Of a stretch of 64,000 bases of DNA, positions 9,234-18,398 are shown piece after piece. Positions within the stretch are counted from its first letter, which is position 1. Each line of letters starts with the position of its first letter. The DNA comes from a virus: IMG/VR virus record IMGVR_UViG_3300046474_000239, positions 32,001 through 96,000 of that record; one strand, given 5' to 3'. The position numbers were made by a program, and so were the translations under genes. Under the pieces are notes generated by a model, which did no database searches, had not been told where the DNA came from, and saw nothing but the letters and a program-made list of their open reading frames with translations.

Positions 9234-9631
9234 TTGCACGGACTCACACGCGAAACGGGCGGATAGAATACCCTATCCACCCATAGGCAATACCCATGCC
9301 AGTACACAGAAAAATCCACCATAGAAAGTTTGGTGAAACGACAATACCGTGCGCCGGACATTTTTTATGGGTACGAGTTTTGATTCCATGCTACCTAGAT
9401 TCTTCGTCTACATTGTTTATCGTGCATCCAGCAATCACTCAGGTCATGACAAGAACATGTCAGGTATTTGAGAGAGTCACGAGAGAGACAAATACAAACT
9501 CACACCTGGCGTGCAATTGATTGCATCAGCGATGTCAAATGTCGGTGGTTAAAAATCTTCGGGGTGACCAGGGTATAATGAGCGTGCAAGGGCATAACAA
9601 TGAATGCCCAAAAATCGAAGGGGTGATCGCT

Positions 9632-9835
9632 ATGTTCCAACTAACCTACTGGGCGAACGACACTATCGTCTGCAACAAAGATCGCCAGTCAGTATTGCCC
9701 GTAGTAGGCGACACCGTTTTCCTGGACGTGCCCTCTCCTGCACACTATGTCGTGACGGCGCGCTGCATTGTCTACGCCGGGCTCGTTACACGAGTGGACC
9801 TCTTCGTAACCGTCACTCAAAAATCTAGAGGTTGA
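9632..9835 (+). CDS. small beta-rich protein, paralog family A
   Basis: P.VGD.V...Y.V..R...VD pattern shared with 10890 and 12716. Confidence 0.65.
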   Translation: MFQLTYWANDTIVCNKDRQSVLPVVGDTVFLDVPSPAHYVVTARCIVYAGLVTRVDLFVTVTQKSRG

Positions 9836-9840
9836 ACGCT

Positions 9841-10065
9841 ATGAGCAACTTGAACAACGCGGGGCCGACGCTCTCCTACAAACAGAAACGTGAAGTCGAA
9901 CAGCTCGTGCGTGCCAAGGCTGCCGACTACTTGCGCACTATGGAAGTGCCACCTGTCTACCTGGTCGAGGCTACGAAAGCTCAGCAGGCCCTTGCACACG
10001 AGTACGCAATCGAAGTGCGCAACGACATGGCCAACGTCCTGCACATCGAAGCCACGCACCTGTAA
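9841..10065 (+). CDS. hypothetical protein
   Basis: GAGG RBS. Confidence 0.65.
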   Translation: MSNLNNAGPTLSYKQKREVEQLVRAKAADYLRTMEVPPVYLVEATKAQQALAHEYAIEVRNDMANVLHIEATHL

Positions 10066-10103
10066 CCGTCACTCAAAAATCCAGCGGTTGAATGGAGAAT
10101 CAA

Positions 10104-10382
10104 ATGGACACAGACAACCCAAGCGTTCGCTACCTGCACTTCATCCTCCTTGCGCGGAGCCACGGTTTGGAGAAGGACTGGCCTACTCTCATGCTGCGCA
10201 ATCACGACAAGAGCCCGAAAGACGAGTTCGCTCGGGAGGTGTTCGAGTCGTTGGTTCTCCTGGGGCACATGACGCGAGAGGAGTTCGGAGTGTCGTTCCA
10301 TGCAGGAGTTCGCTACTCCGTCACTGAGTCTGGCAAGGAGTTCTTCCTGGCCCTCGATAGCCAAAAACCTTTAGGAGGCTGA
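10104..10382 (+). CDS. putative small winged-helix protein
   Basis: FESLVLLGHM...YSVTESGKEFF. Confidence 0.6.
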   Translation: MDTDNPSVRYLHFILLARSHGLEKDWPTLMLRNHDKSPKDEFAREVFESLVLLGHMTREEFGVSFHAGVRYSVTESGKEFFLALDSQKPLGG

Positions 10383-10383
10383 C

Positions 10384-10629
10384 ATGCACTACCCAGCGAT
10401 TGGCCCGTTCTTCGGCTACCTCTTTATGTTGTCAGCGTTGCTGTACATCGCAAAGACATCCTGGGTGATGTACAAAGGCGACTCCGGGCGGACTGGGCAC
10501 CTTGCACTGACCTGCATCAGTCTAGGTCTCCTCCTGTTCATGACTGTCGTACCTACAGTCAGCGTCATGTCTATGCCTTCAACGTATGTTCCCTATCGCG
10601 AGTTCAACCCAACTCCAGGAGTATTTTAA
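10384..10629 (+). CDS. two-TM membrane protein
   Basis: AGGAGG RBS; two hydrophobic segments. Confidence 0.7.
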   Translation: MHYPAIGPFFGYLFMLSALLYIAKTSWVMYKGDSGRTGHLALTCISLGLLLFMTVVPTVSVMSMPSTYVPYREFNPTPGVF

Positions 10630-10656
10630 ATGAGCCAAAACCTTTAGGAGGTTGAA

Positions 10657-10893
10657 ATGACTACAGAGCAACGGCTGCGTGATTGCGCGACCCAAGGAGC
10701 CTGGCCTACCTGGCACGTCACGTCTCGCGAGCTGATGGAAAGTGATGCACTGCGCCTTGAGATGTTGGACCTTCAACGGCTCGGCTACATCACCTGGCAC
10801 CAGACCTCTACCATCAACCCCTTGCTCATTGTGGATGTCACACAGGCGGGTAAGGCCCACTACTTCTCACTCGTACACGGAACACAGCCATGA
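10657..10893 (+). CDS. putative small winged-helix protein
   Basis: MLDLQRLGYITW...VDVTQAGKAHY; AGGAGG RBS. Confidence 0.6.
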   Translation: MTTEQRLRDCATQGAWPTWHVTSRELMESDALRLEMLDLQRLGYITWHQTSTINPLLIVDVTQAGKAHYFSLVHGTQP

Positions 10894-11138
10894 ACCAACA
10901 AAACCACTTCGTTACCGTCATGCACAACGGCGAGATGATCTATGACATCAGCGACGTTGAGCAGGTCCCGTCCATCGGTCACCAACTCGACTTGCGCAAC
11001 AGCGATTTGCTCAACGCCATGTACACAGTAGTCGGTGTCACTTGGGATCTTGCGGCGAGGAGCGTAGAACTTGACGTAGAACTCACCGAGATGTGTACCG
11101 ACACACCTCCACTACCGTCAACAAACTTCAAGGGGTAA
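10890..11138 (+). CDS. small beta-rich protein, paralog family A
   Basis: VPSIG...YTVVGVTW...VELDV; ATGA overlap with the upstream gene. Confidence 0.65.
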   Translation: MNQQNHFVTVMHNGEMIYDISDVEQVPSIGHQLDLRNSDLLNAMYTVVGVTWDLAARSVELDVELTEMCTDTPPLPSTNFKG

Positions 11139-11141
11139 ATC

Positions 11142-11453
11142 ATGCCTACCCGCATCGTCACACTCTCCCAGTTGGCACTCCTACCCAAGGGCACCTTGGT
11201 TTGCCACGTCAACGCAGACAGCGACGGAGTGGCAGAGTTCGACATCCAGGGGACACTCCAGGTCGGGCCTCCTCACCACCTGACTGGGGTAGACGAGTCG
11301 TGGGTAGAACTGACGCCTGCCTTGCCTGACGTGAAGGTCGTGGACGGGCGGGTAGAGACAGGTTTCCCTCCTACAGACTACTGCCGTAACAGCAACTACC
11401 CTCATCGCTTCGTCGCGTACTCAGACATGGACCTCAGAAGGAGTAAGTCATGA
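11142..11453 (+). CDS. hypothetical protein
   Basis: RBS, tight gene packing. Confidence 0.65.
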   Translation: MPTRIVTLSQLALLPKGTLVCHVNADSDGVAEFDIQGTLQVGPPHHLTGVDESWVELTPALPDVKVVDGRVETGFPPTDYCRNSNYPHRFVAYSDMDLRRSKS

Positions 11454-11605
11454 TCGACTACATGCTGTTCTGGTTGGCCTTGTTCATTATCCTGGCTAGC
11501 CTGATCGCCTTCGGCTTCATCTGCCTGCTAGCGTTGGGTGCCCTCGTAACGTTCAAGGATTGGCTGGCAGATGTCCGTTGCAGGCGCGCAAGGAGAAAGG
11601 CATGA
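11450..11605 (+). CDS. 51-aa single-TM protein (not in the ORF track)
   Basis: ATGA overlaps at both ends; MIDYMLFWLALFIILASLIAFGFICLLALG... Confidence 0.6.
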   Translation: MIDYMLFWLALFIILASLIAFGFICLLALGALVTFKDWLADVRCRRARRKA

Positions 11606-11823
11606 GCATGTTCCACCGCTTGACCAAACTGGCCCGCCTTGTACACTGCGCGGCCAGCGGGCACCCCGGCTACGTGAAACACCCCGGCTACGACAGGCGC
11701 GTCACTGACACCGTGACGTACGAATGCACCATCTGTGGCGAGTGCACGACGATGTACGCAGTGGGAGGGGCTCATGACCGTTTCCTTGAAAAGCACAGGT
11801 CAAAAATCGAGGGGATGAGATGA
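11602..11823 (+). CDS. small Cys/His (Zn-binding-like) protein, tandem paralog 1
   Basis: C...GH...YECTICG. Confidence 0.6.
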   Translation: MSMFHRLTKLARLVHCAASGHPGYVKHPGYDRRVTDTVTYECTICGECTTMYAVGGAHDRFLEKHRSKIEGMR

Positions 11824-12122
11824 TAAGCCTGTTCCACATAACTGCCCGAGTTGTACGGCGCGCTGTCATGCGCATCGGTTGCGTGTTTCGCGGGCACCAC
11901 TACTACCCGTCGTTCCACCACCGGTACAAGCAGGAAGCCTGGTACTTGGCCCGTAAGGAAGAGACCTTCACCTATGAGTGTTGCGACTGCGACACACCTT
12001 TCGTAGTAAAAGGTAAGGCAGCTCACAAAGAGTTCCTTGCAGCGAAGTGCCCGAGCTGGGGCGGCCGAGGGTCAGACAGCCAGGGCTACAAATCTGACAC
12101 CGAAAATTCCGCAGGAGAATGA
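11820..12122 (+). CDS. small Cys/His (Zn-binding-like) protein, tandem paralog 2
   Basis: C...GH...YECCDC. Confidence 0.65.
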   Translation: MISLFHITARVVRRAVMRIGCVFRGHHYYPSFHHRYKQEAWYLARKEETFTYECCDCDTPFVVKGKAAHKEFLAAKCPSWGGRGSDSQGYKSDTENSAGE

Positions 12123-12634
12123 AGATGTATTGCACACCTCATAGCGTCATCCATATGCAGGAGCGGGAGAACGGTATCGACTCCGCCGTCCACGATCTGA
12201 TCATCCTGCACATCCGCAGCTCCCAGGTGATCGAGGGTGGCCCTCTCTACGTCGCCACGGACCTCGACGGGCTGAACAGCGTGATGGTCTGCCTGGCTTC
12301 TCACCATCGCCCAGGTAAGAACACCCTGTTCAATCGTTGCAGGCCCACACCGTCTGCGGCAGCCATTGAATGGTGCAAGTTCCAGAACGTAGAAGCCGAC
12401 TTCATCTACCACACGGGCGGATACGTCGACGGCGACAGACCGATCCCTGAGATCATCCCAAGCGGCGAACGTCGTTCCTGGGTTCCTCAATGGGAGGAGG
12501 GTCTCCCAGAGACGCGGAAGGACGTTCTCCTGGAGCTGCTGACCAAGGGCGAGGCGGTCATCACCCCCAAGTGCACTTGCGGCGAGCGCGACCACTTCGA
12601 GCCTCACGGCCCTAACTGCCCCACGCGCAGGTAG
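12119..12634 (+). CDS. hypothetical protein with C-terminal CxC...H...CP motif
   Basis: ATGA overlap, AGGAG RBS. Confidence 0.7.
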   Translation: MKMYCTPHSVIHMQERENGIDSAVHDLIILHIRSSQVIEGGPLYVATDLDGLNSVMVCLASHHRPGKNTLFNRCRPTPSAAAIEWCKFQNVEADFIYHTGGYVDGDRPIPEIIPSGERRSWVPQWEEGLPETRKDVLLELLTKGEAVITPKCTCGERDHFEPHGPNCPTRR

Positions 12635-12715
12635 GCATCGGTGTCGGGTGCAAACGCGATACAACTTGTAGGACAATGCAAACACCACCTAAGCCAAACA
12701 ACCAAAAGGATCAAG

Positions 12716-12970
12716 ATGATGAAACGCACCCGACTGAACTACCTGGACGAATGGGGCAATGTGGTCGCAGAGCTGTCCCGCGTTCGCAACGTCCCAGCCA
12801 AAGGTGACGACGTGATCATCCACACCCTGGAAGAGGAGATCCCTTGCTCCGCCTCCTACGAGGTCATGCGCCGCACCTGGAACGCTGACGGTAGCGAAGT
12901 CGACGTGGTCGTCTCCCGCCAATCCCCTCTCGTTCCTACCTCCACCGCAGTATCCGAAGGCGAGGAGTAA
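12716..12970 (+). CDS. small beta-rich protein, paralog family A
   Basis: VPAKGDDV...YEVMRRTW...VDVVV. Confidence 0.65.
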   Translation: MMKRTRLNYLDEWGNVVAELSRVRNVPAKGDDVIIHTLEEEIPCSASYEVMRRTWNADGSEVDVVVSRQSPLVPTSTAVSEGEE

Positions 12971-12973
12971 GCC

Positions 12974-13192
12974 ATGGCGCGGCTCACCCGGCAGAAAAAG
13001 CACCAAATCCGTGGGGTCCTGAACAAGGCGATGGCTGCGAGGATCCGCACCACCAACGCCGCTGAAGCGCTCACCAGCAGCCCGGATATGCCCGAGGCTA
13101 CCGAGGACGAGCTGGCGTACGCCCAGAACTGGGTCAACGTCACCGCAGCAATGGTCGGCCGCGAGGCCACTGCCGAACCAGAAGGGTCCTGA
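12974..13192 (+). CDS. hypothetical protein
   Basis: GAGGAG RBS. Confidence 0.65.
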   Translation: MARLTRQKKHQIRGVLNKAMAARIRTTNAAEALTSSPDMPEATEDELAYAQNWVNVTAAMVGREATAEPEGS

Positions 13193-13194
13193 AT

Positions 13195-13626
13195 ATGACT
13201 GATACCAAATACACCATCGAGCTGAAAGAGATAATCGACCTGGGCATTTACTCCCGCGCAGAACGCACCATTCACCAGCTACTCAAAGGCCGCATCCTGC
13301 TGGTCGTCCGCACCTCCGACGAGTTTGATCACGGGCGGCGGGCGGCTCCAACATACCAAGCTTTGAGCGCTGAGGTGCTCGGGCAGCCAGGCTTCCTCAG
13401 CGATGCTTGGTTCGACACCCGAGACCAGGCTATCGACAACTGGGTACGCAGCATTCATGGCGTGGGGATGGCCTGGGTGCAGACCAAGACGGTCCAGGAC
13501 GTACTCAGCCCGGATGCAATCATTCACAGCAAGGCCCTGTTCGTCTACGCCCTCCTGCTGGACACCGACCCGGACATGGTGACCAGGCTCCTGGACAACA
13601 ACGGCTACCGAACGGGTTCACTGTAG
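13195..13626 (+). CDS. hypothetical protein
   Basis: Tight packing, codon use. Confidence 0.7.
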   Translation: MTDTKYTIELKEIIDLGIYSRAERTIHQLLKGRILLVVRTSDEFDHGRRAAPTYQALSAEVLGQPGFLSDAWFDTRDQAIDNWVRSIHGVGMAWVQTKTVQDVLSPDAIIHSKALFVYALLLDTDPDMVTRLLDNNGYRTGSL

Positions 13627-13686
13627 CTAGTCAAAGGGATTCGACTTTAGATACATTCAACTATGAAACTCTAAAGGAACCCTCCC

Positions 13687-13887
13687 ATGTCCACCAACAC
13701 GTTCGCCCTGGCACTAGAGGCCTTCGCCCTCCTCTCGATGACACTGTGTTTCCTGCGGTACACGCAAGTGCCGGGAAGCTCGCATTGGACCGTCTGGGAC
13801 TTCGTCGGCGCGGTCTCTCTTGGCATGGCGATTCTCTGCCTGGCTTTGCTGGCGCTCACCGTTCTGGCGATGTTCGGGTTCATGTAA
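13687..13887 (+). CDS. two-TM membrane protein
   Basis: AAGGA RBS; hydrophobic. Confidence 0.65.
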   Translation: MSTNTFALALEAFALLSMTLCFLRYTQVPGSSHWTVWDFVGAVSLGMAILCLALLALTVLAMFGFM

Positions 13888-13896
13888 GGAGTCCCC

Positions 13897-14670
13897 ATGG
13901 AAGAGTTTTTCAATGCCCGGCCGGGCCTCGCCATTGCCTCAGTATTGTTCTGGGGCATGGCCATTTTCGTGGTCCTGGGGATGCTCGACGGGCCTGTCCG
14001 CAGATGGCGAAGAAGTATGATGTCAAGGTTCTGGGCCTGGAACGACCGCAAGTACGGACCTAAGGGCGGCTTGACTGTTGATCCGCCACCTCCGGCCAAT
14101 ACAGTCCCGTTGATTAGGCAGCGTCCCAATATGCGGGGTCCGGGCGGCCAGGCAACCCTCCACCTACAGGATCGCCGAGTCCAAAGGGTGCCCAGGTTCT
14201 TGGGCGTCGACATCCCGCGAGGGGTCGTGATGGAGACAAACCCCGGCATGCCTAACAGATACGGGCTCAGGTTCCCCAGGGGCTTCTATTTGCCGCGAGA
14301 AGACCAGCGCCGTCTACAGACCCGAGCTGGTAACGCCTTCCACTTCGAGGTCTTCACCGACCAGCGCACCCAGAGCACCTTTATCAACGTCACCGAGCAA
14401 CTGTCTCTGGAGTTCATGGCCGACTCCCAGGAAGGGCGCGAATACCTGTCTGAAATCGTTGCCGAGGTGTGCAGCCTGTATGCGGACTGGGCCATCGGCA
14501 AGGCAAACGCCCAGGTGGCCGACAAGGTTGAGAAGGCTGAGAAGCCCGTGGTAGAGCCTTCGCGGAGTGTTCGCATGCGCCAGCGGCGGGCGGCCAGTGT
14601 AGAGAGACAGAGTAGTAACAAAAGCGATACAGTTGACCCATCAAAACAGGAGAAACCTGATGAACAATGA
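13897..14670 (+). CDS. protein with N-terminal TM anchor
   Basis: TAAGGAG RBS; N-terminal TM segment then a soluble domain. Confidence 0.7.
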   Translation: MEEFFNARPGLAIASVLFWGMAIFVVLGMLDGPVRRWRRSMMSRFWAWNDRKYGPKGGLTVDPPPPANTVPLIRQRPNMRGPGGQATLHLQDRRVQRVPRFLGVDIPRGVVMETNPGMPNRYGLRFPRGFYLPREDQRRLQTRAGNAFHFEVFTDQRTQSTFINVTEQLSLEFMADSQEGREYLSEIVAEVCSLYADWAIGKANAQVADKVEKAEKPVVEPSRSVRMRQRRAASVERQSSNKSDTVDPSKQEKPDEQ

Positions 14671-15271
14671 CAGCAAACCCTTGTACCTCAGTGACGTGCA
14701 ATCAATTGCATTGGACGTTTTGCAAGCCCAAGTCGGCGCCTGGTTGCTACAGATGTGGGGTCCGCTTTCGGCGGGCGATGTGCCTGAGCGTGTTCAGCGC
14801 TTCCAGGAAGAAGCCAATGAGCTGTGCCAGGCCATGGGCCTCACCCGCAAAGAGGCGCACATGCTGGTCGAATACACCTGGGACCGCCCGGTAGGTGAGC
14901 CGCACCAGGAAGTGGGCGGAGCGATGACCACCCTTGCCGCCCTTTGCTTCGCGTCAGGCCTGGACCTGCAAGCCGCCACGGCAGCAGAGTTCAACCGCTG
15001 CAACGGCCCGGCCGTGATGCAACGCATCCGCGAGAAGCAAGCACTCAAGCCGAAAAGCAGCCCGCTCCCAGGGCCTACCGAGATCGACTGGGCGGCAGAG
15101 CGAGAGCTGTTCCACCAGCGCCACCCGATGCCTGAAGGCGTAATCCTATACAACAGCCCCAGCCTGCGTAATGCCGCGTACGGCTACGAGCACGTACGCT
15201 GTATTTCCGCAGCGATCAGCCACGACAAGCTGTGGTTCGGGTGGCGGTCCTGCGTGGAAGCTCACCAGTAA
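14660..15271 (+). CDS. MazG-like all-alpha NTP pyrophosphohydrolase domain protein
   Basis: RFQEEANELCQA...QEVGGAMTTLAALC resembles the EExxE...E motif; contains the palindrome (VQSIA). Confidence 0.6.
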   Translation: MNNDSKPLYLSDVQSIALDVLQAQVGAWLLQMWGPLSAGDVPERVQRFQEEANELCQAMGLTRKEAHMLVEYTWDRPVGEPHQEVGGAMTTLAALCFASGLDLQAATAAEFNRCNGPAVMQRIREKQALKPKSSPLPGPTEIDWAAERELFHQRHPMPEGVILYNSPSLRNAAYGYEHVRCISAAISHDKLWFGWRSCVEAHQ

Positions 15272-15669
15272 TGCGCTACGTGATCTACAACAAACTCAAG
15301 CCTTGGTATTCCTGCGCCGAGGTTTGGACCCGCGACGGAACAATCACCGCCGCAACCCGCGCTTATGAGTGGGCAGTAGGAAAGGACGTTGGTTACCTGG
15401 TTGGGTGGGCCAGCGATAACGGAAGAGTCTGGATTTGCGAAGGCGCGGAGACTGCGCCGGGGGTGAACCATGAAAGACACAGCACTGCAATCACTGATGG
15501 ATCAACTAAAGGGAATTTGGGAAGGCAACGAATCGCCTACAACGCTGCATGGAAAGGAGTTGCAGCCAGGCGGGTTCCGGGCGGGGGACTTCATCCTGAT
15601 GGTGAGTACGCCCCAGCCAAGCGAGAGGAGCAAGACCCTCCCGCCCGCGATCATGATGCACGTAGTTAA
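15271..15669 (+). CDS. hypothetical protein (3' part overlaps the next gene)
   Basis: TAATG coupling; the real extent is uncertain. Confidence 0.45.
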   Translation: MRYVIYNKLKPWYSCAEVWTRDGTITAATRAYEWAVGKDVGYLVGWASDNGRVWICEGAETAPGVNHERHSTAITDGSTKGNLGRQRIAYNAAWKGVAARRVPGGGLHPDGEYAPAKREEQDPPARDHDARS

Positions 15670-15793
15670 GGGGCGCCTGGGCGGTAACGGCCAGTACCTC
15701 GTCAGGCCAGACAGACTGATCGACGCCCTGGACAGCATCGCCGGTAACCTGCCAAAAGGCTTTACGCGCATCTTCAAGGAGGGCGAGCAATGA
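15470..15793 (+). CDS. hypothetical protein
   Basis: GGGGG RBS; ATGA overlap with the downstream gene. Confidence 0.6.
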   Translation: MKDTALQSLMDQLKGIWEGNESPTTLHGKELQPGGFRAGDFILMVSTPQPSERSKTLPPAIMMHVVKGRLGGNGQYLVRPDRLIDALDSIAGNLPKGFTRIFKEGEQ

Positions 15794-16059
15794 TGATCTA
15801 CCTAACTGCCTTCTGGTTAGCCGCCCTGTCGGCTTTCTTCAAGGGCTTCCAGCACAAGAACGTGCTGCACAGCATGTATTGGTGGGTCGCCGCGACCAGC
15901 GCAGCCATCGGGGTAGGTGACGCCTTCATGGTCAAGATGGTGTACGACAACCATTGGAGCCTGGGGCTCTGCACAGGGCTAGGAGCGGCCCTGGGGATGG
16001 TGGCAGCTATCTACGTCCACGGCAGATTTGTTATGCCGCGTAAGGAAGTCGTAGGCTAA
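15790..16059 (+). CDS. three-TM membrane protein
   Basis: Hydrophobic segments; G.GAALG motif. Confidence 0.7.
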   Translation: MMIYLTAFWLAALSAFFKGFQHKNVLHSMYWWVAATSAAIGVGDAFMVKMVYDNHWSLGLCTGLGAALGMVAAIYVHGRFVMPRKEVVG

Positions 16060-16140
16060 GTCAAGTCTGTGTCTTAGGACAGGATCTAGCCAGGGTTATA
16101 AAATGGCCCTGTACAACGGAAAGTCAGAAGAGGTGCAACG

Positions 16141-16359
16141 ATGCCGTATCTTCCTGCAATACTTGGATTGATTCTTTTATCCCTTCTTGCAACATGTTCG
16201 ACGGCCACACTCAACCTACCCTCTATCCAGATCACCACCCGCCAGTGGGACCATGTTTTCAACGTAGCGCTGGTCTTGGGGCTCCTTGCCCTGGCCGGAC
16301 TTGCCACTATGTTCTACCTGGACTGCATCGCGACCCCTCGCGTGTACCGATACCTCTAA
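16141..16359 (+). CDS. two-TM membrane protein
   Basis: GAGGT RBS. Confidence 0.6.
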   Translation: MPYLPAILGLILLSLLATCSTATLNLPSIQITTRQWDHVFNVALVLGLLALAGLATMFYLDCIATPRVYRYL

Positions 16360-16367
16360 GGAGACTC

Positions 16368-16613
16368 ATGATGTACGCACTAGCCCTACTCCTGCTCAGC
16401 GCGGGCGCCGGACTCTTACCGGCCCTGATCTACGTCATCGCTCAGATGAACCGGATCCGCGCACTGTACGGCGCTCCGCGCCAGGACAACGCCCCGTACT
16501 ACAAGGCGTCGGAAAAGGCACTTCGCCGCTTCTACGTTATCTGGGTAGTCGCGACGATCCTGCTACTCCTCTGCCTGCCCAGCTCGGGCGCCTTCCCTGA
16601 TACCCGCTACTAA
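16368..16613 (+). CDS. two-TM membrane protein
   Basis: TAAGGAG RBS. Confidence 0.65.
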   Translation: MMYALALLLLSAGAGLLPALIYVIAQMNRIRALYGAPRQDNAPYYKASEKALRRFYVIWVVATILLLLCLPSSGAFPDTRY

Positions 16614-16624
16614 GGAGAGCCATC

Positions 16625-17107
16625 ATGGAACTTTTTCAAATCTACGGAACCTGGTACTTGGGCATCGTGTTGATTGCTATGTCACTCAGCGCGAGAATCG
16701 GCAACGCCGCAGGCACACTGACCAGGCGTGGCAAGGTGCAGATCGCGGTAGGGTCATTGATCTGGCCGATCATGACCGTGGTCATAGTGGGCACGTTCGT
16801 AGTCCACCTCCTGGCATCGGTATTCGCGGGGCGGAGTGCGCCAAAGCCCAAGAAGATGGCACCGGCAGCAACGAGTGACCTAGACCCCACGAACCTCCTG
16901 ATTATGCTTGGGGTGACGAACACCAAGGATGGGGAGACCGAACTCCTGAGCCTGTACAGCGAACTGGAGAAGTCCCTCAGCACACTGCGAACTTACGCCC
17001 AGGGGGTGGCCGAGATCCGCCATGGACAGCTTGCCCTTTCGACGATTGAGGCGATCAACCGGGCGCGGCTTCAGAAGATGGAACAGAGGAAGGAGGCAGC
17101 ACGTTGA
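16625..17107 (+). CDS. membrane protein with coiled-coil C-terminus
   Basis: TAAGGAG RBS; two TM segments (SLIWP motif). Confidence 0.7.
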   Translation: MELFQIYGTWYLGIVLIAMSLSARIGNAAGTLTRRGKVQIAVGSLIWPIMTVVIVGTFVVHLLASVFAGRSAPKPKKMAPAATSDLDPTNLLIMLGVTNTKDGETELLSLYSELEKSLSTLRTYAQGVAEIRHGQLALSTIEAINRARLQKMEQRKEAAR

Positions 17108-17263
17108 AGGTACTGGTTGAGCTTATAGACCTTTCGTTGCGGGTGGCTGGGATGCTGGCGCTGTGCGCCCTGGCCATACCCGAGAAGAACCAGACGGCAC
17201 AGACAGTTCACGCACTGGCCGTCACCCTCCTGACCTGATGCAATCAATTGCACGGAGCGAAAC

Positions 17264-17554
17264 ATGGCTAAGTTAGGGACCAAATACTTCACGCGGGGCA
17301 AGGTGATGATAGGTATCGCTGCCGAAGGCATTAACCGCCCGCTGATCCCCTTCGATCCACGGGTGGACAAGATTGACTACTGCGAACTGACCAAGAAGTG
17401 CGAGGGCATCACAGCCGTACAAGCTGAGGGCCTGTTTGCCGACCTGGAGAAACACTTCATGGGGCAGGTGGCTACCGAGTGGCTCAAGCTGCCGGGCTTC
17501 GTGGACCTGGCCGACACCCGCAAGATCCGTGTATTGAACGAGGAAGTGGCATGA
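17264..17554 (+). CDS. hypothetical protein
   Basis: GGAG RBS directly after a palindrome copy. Confidence 0.7.
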   Translation: MAKLGTKYFTRGKVMIGIAAEGINRPLIPFDPRVDKIDYCELTKKCEGITAVQAEGLFADLEKHFMGQVATEWLKLPGFVDLADTRKIRVLNEEVA

Positions 17555-17724
17555 GACAGTTCCAGCTCCACTACGACGTGGCGATCCTGATTTACACGCT
17601 GATCGCCGGGTACTTCATCTTCGCGGATCCGATGATCGACCGAGCCATAGCCAAGGGGTTCTTCTTCCTGGCCTTCCCGCTCATCCTGTCGATCTACGTC
17701 CGCCCCAAAAAGGAAACCGTGTGA
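17551..17724 (+). CDS. two-TM small membrane protein
   Basis: ATGA overlap; hydrophobic. Confidence 0.6.
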   Translation: MRQFQLHYDVAILIYTLIAGYFIFADPMIDRAIAKGFFFLAFPLILSIYVRPKKETV

Positions 17725-18086
17725 TGCAACTCCCCATCCCCAGAGAGATCAGCGTGAGCCTGGACAGCGAGGGCTTCGGTGTTCGCTTCGAGAGCTTAGA
17801 TGAAATGGCAGTCATCGCCCTTGCCAGCAACTACTCCCGCCGCAGCGGTCTGCGCCATGTGGGCTCTTGCCGCACCACCACCTGCAACATCACCCCGGAG
17901 CCAAGCAACGTCGAGGCAGACCTCGGTGTACCTTCCGCCCACTTCATGTTTTTGGTATCACATGTAAACCTGGAGTTCGCAGGCAACCGGGAGCCGGAGA
18001 CCACCACGGTCTACCGCACCCTCACGTTCAAGGCAGGAACCGAGGAGCCTCAGTGGCTCTATCACTTCACCGTAGAGTTCAAGTAA
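17721..18086 (+). CDS. hypothetical protein
   Basis: GTGA overlap. Confidence 0.65.
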   Translation: MMQLPIPREISVSLDSEGFGVRFESLDEMAVIALASNYSRRSGLRHVGSCRTTTCNITPEPSNVEADLGVPSAHFMFLVSHVNLEFAGNREPETTTVYRTLTFKAGTEEPQWLYHFTVEFK

Positions 18087-18096
18087 GGAGAACGAC

Positions 18097-18396
18097 ATGA
18101 CCTGGTACAAATGGATATGGTGGCGTTTCGCGTGGGGCCTGAACTGGGGCGGCGAATGCAAGGACTGTCATGGCCGCTGGAAGGCGTTCGGCTATCTGAA
18201 CATTCTGGTAGAAAGGCGTGTGTCGTACCCAGTGGGCGAGCCGAACCTCTACAAACAGGTCTACCATGAACTCCGCAATCGTGGTTTCAGCCACGATGAA
18301 TGCGTGGACATCGCCGCCGACGCCCTTGAGGCATACGGCAGTCACCGGGCGCTGTCTCACAACCAACTCAACGACATAATCGAAGAGGTTTCCTGA
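18097..18396 (+). CDS. hypothetical protein
   Basis: TAAGGAG RBS. Confidence 0.65.
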   Translation: MTWYKWIWWRFAWGLNWGGECKDCHGRWKAFGYLNILVERRVSYPVGEPNLYKQVYHELRNRGFSHDECVDIAADALEAYGSHRALSHNQLNDIIEEVS

Positions 18397-18398
18397 CC

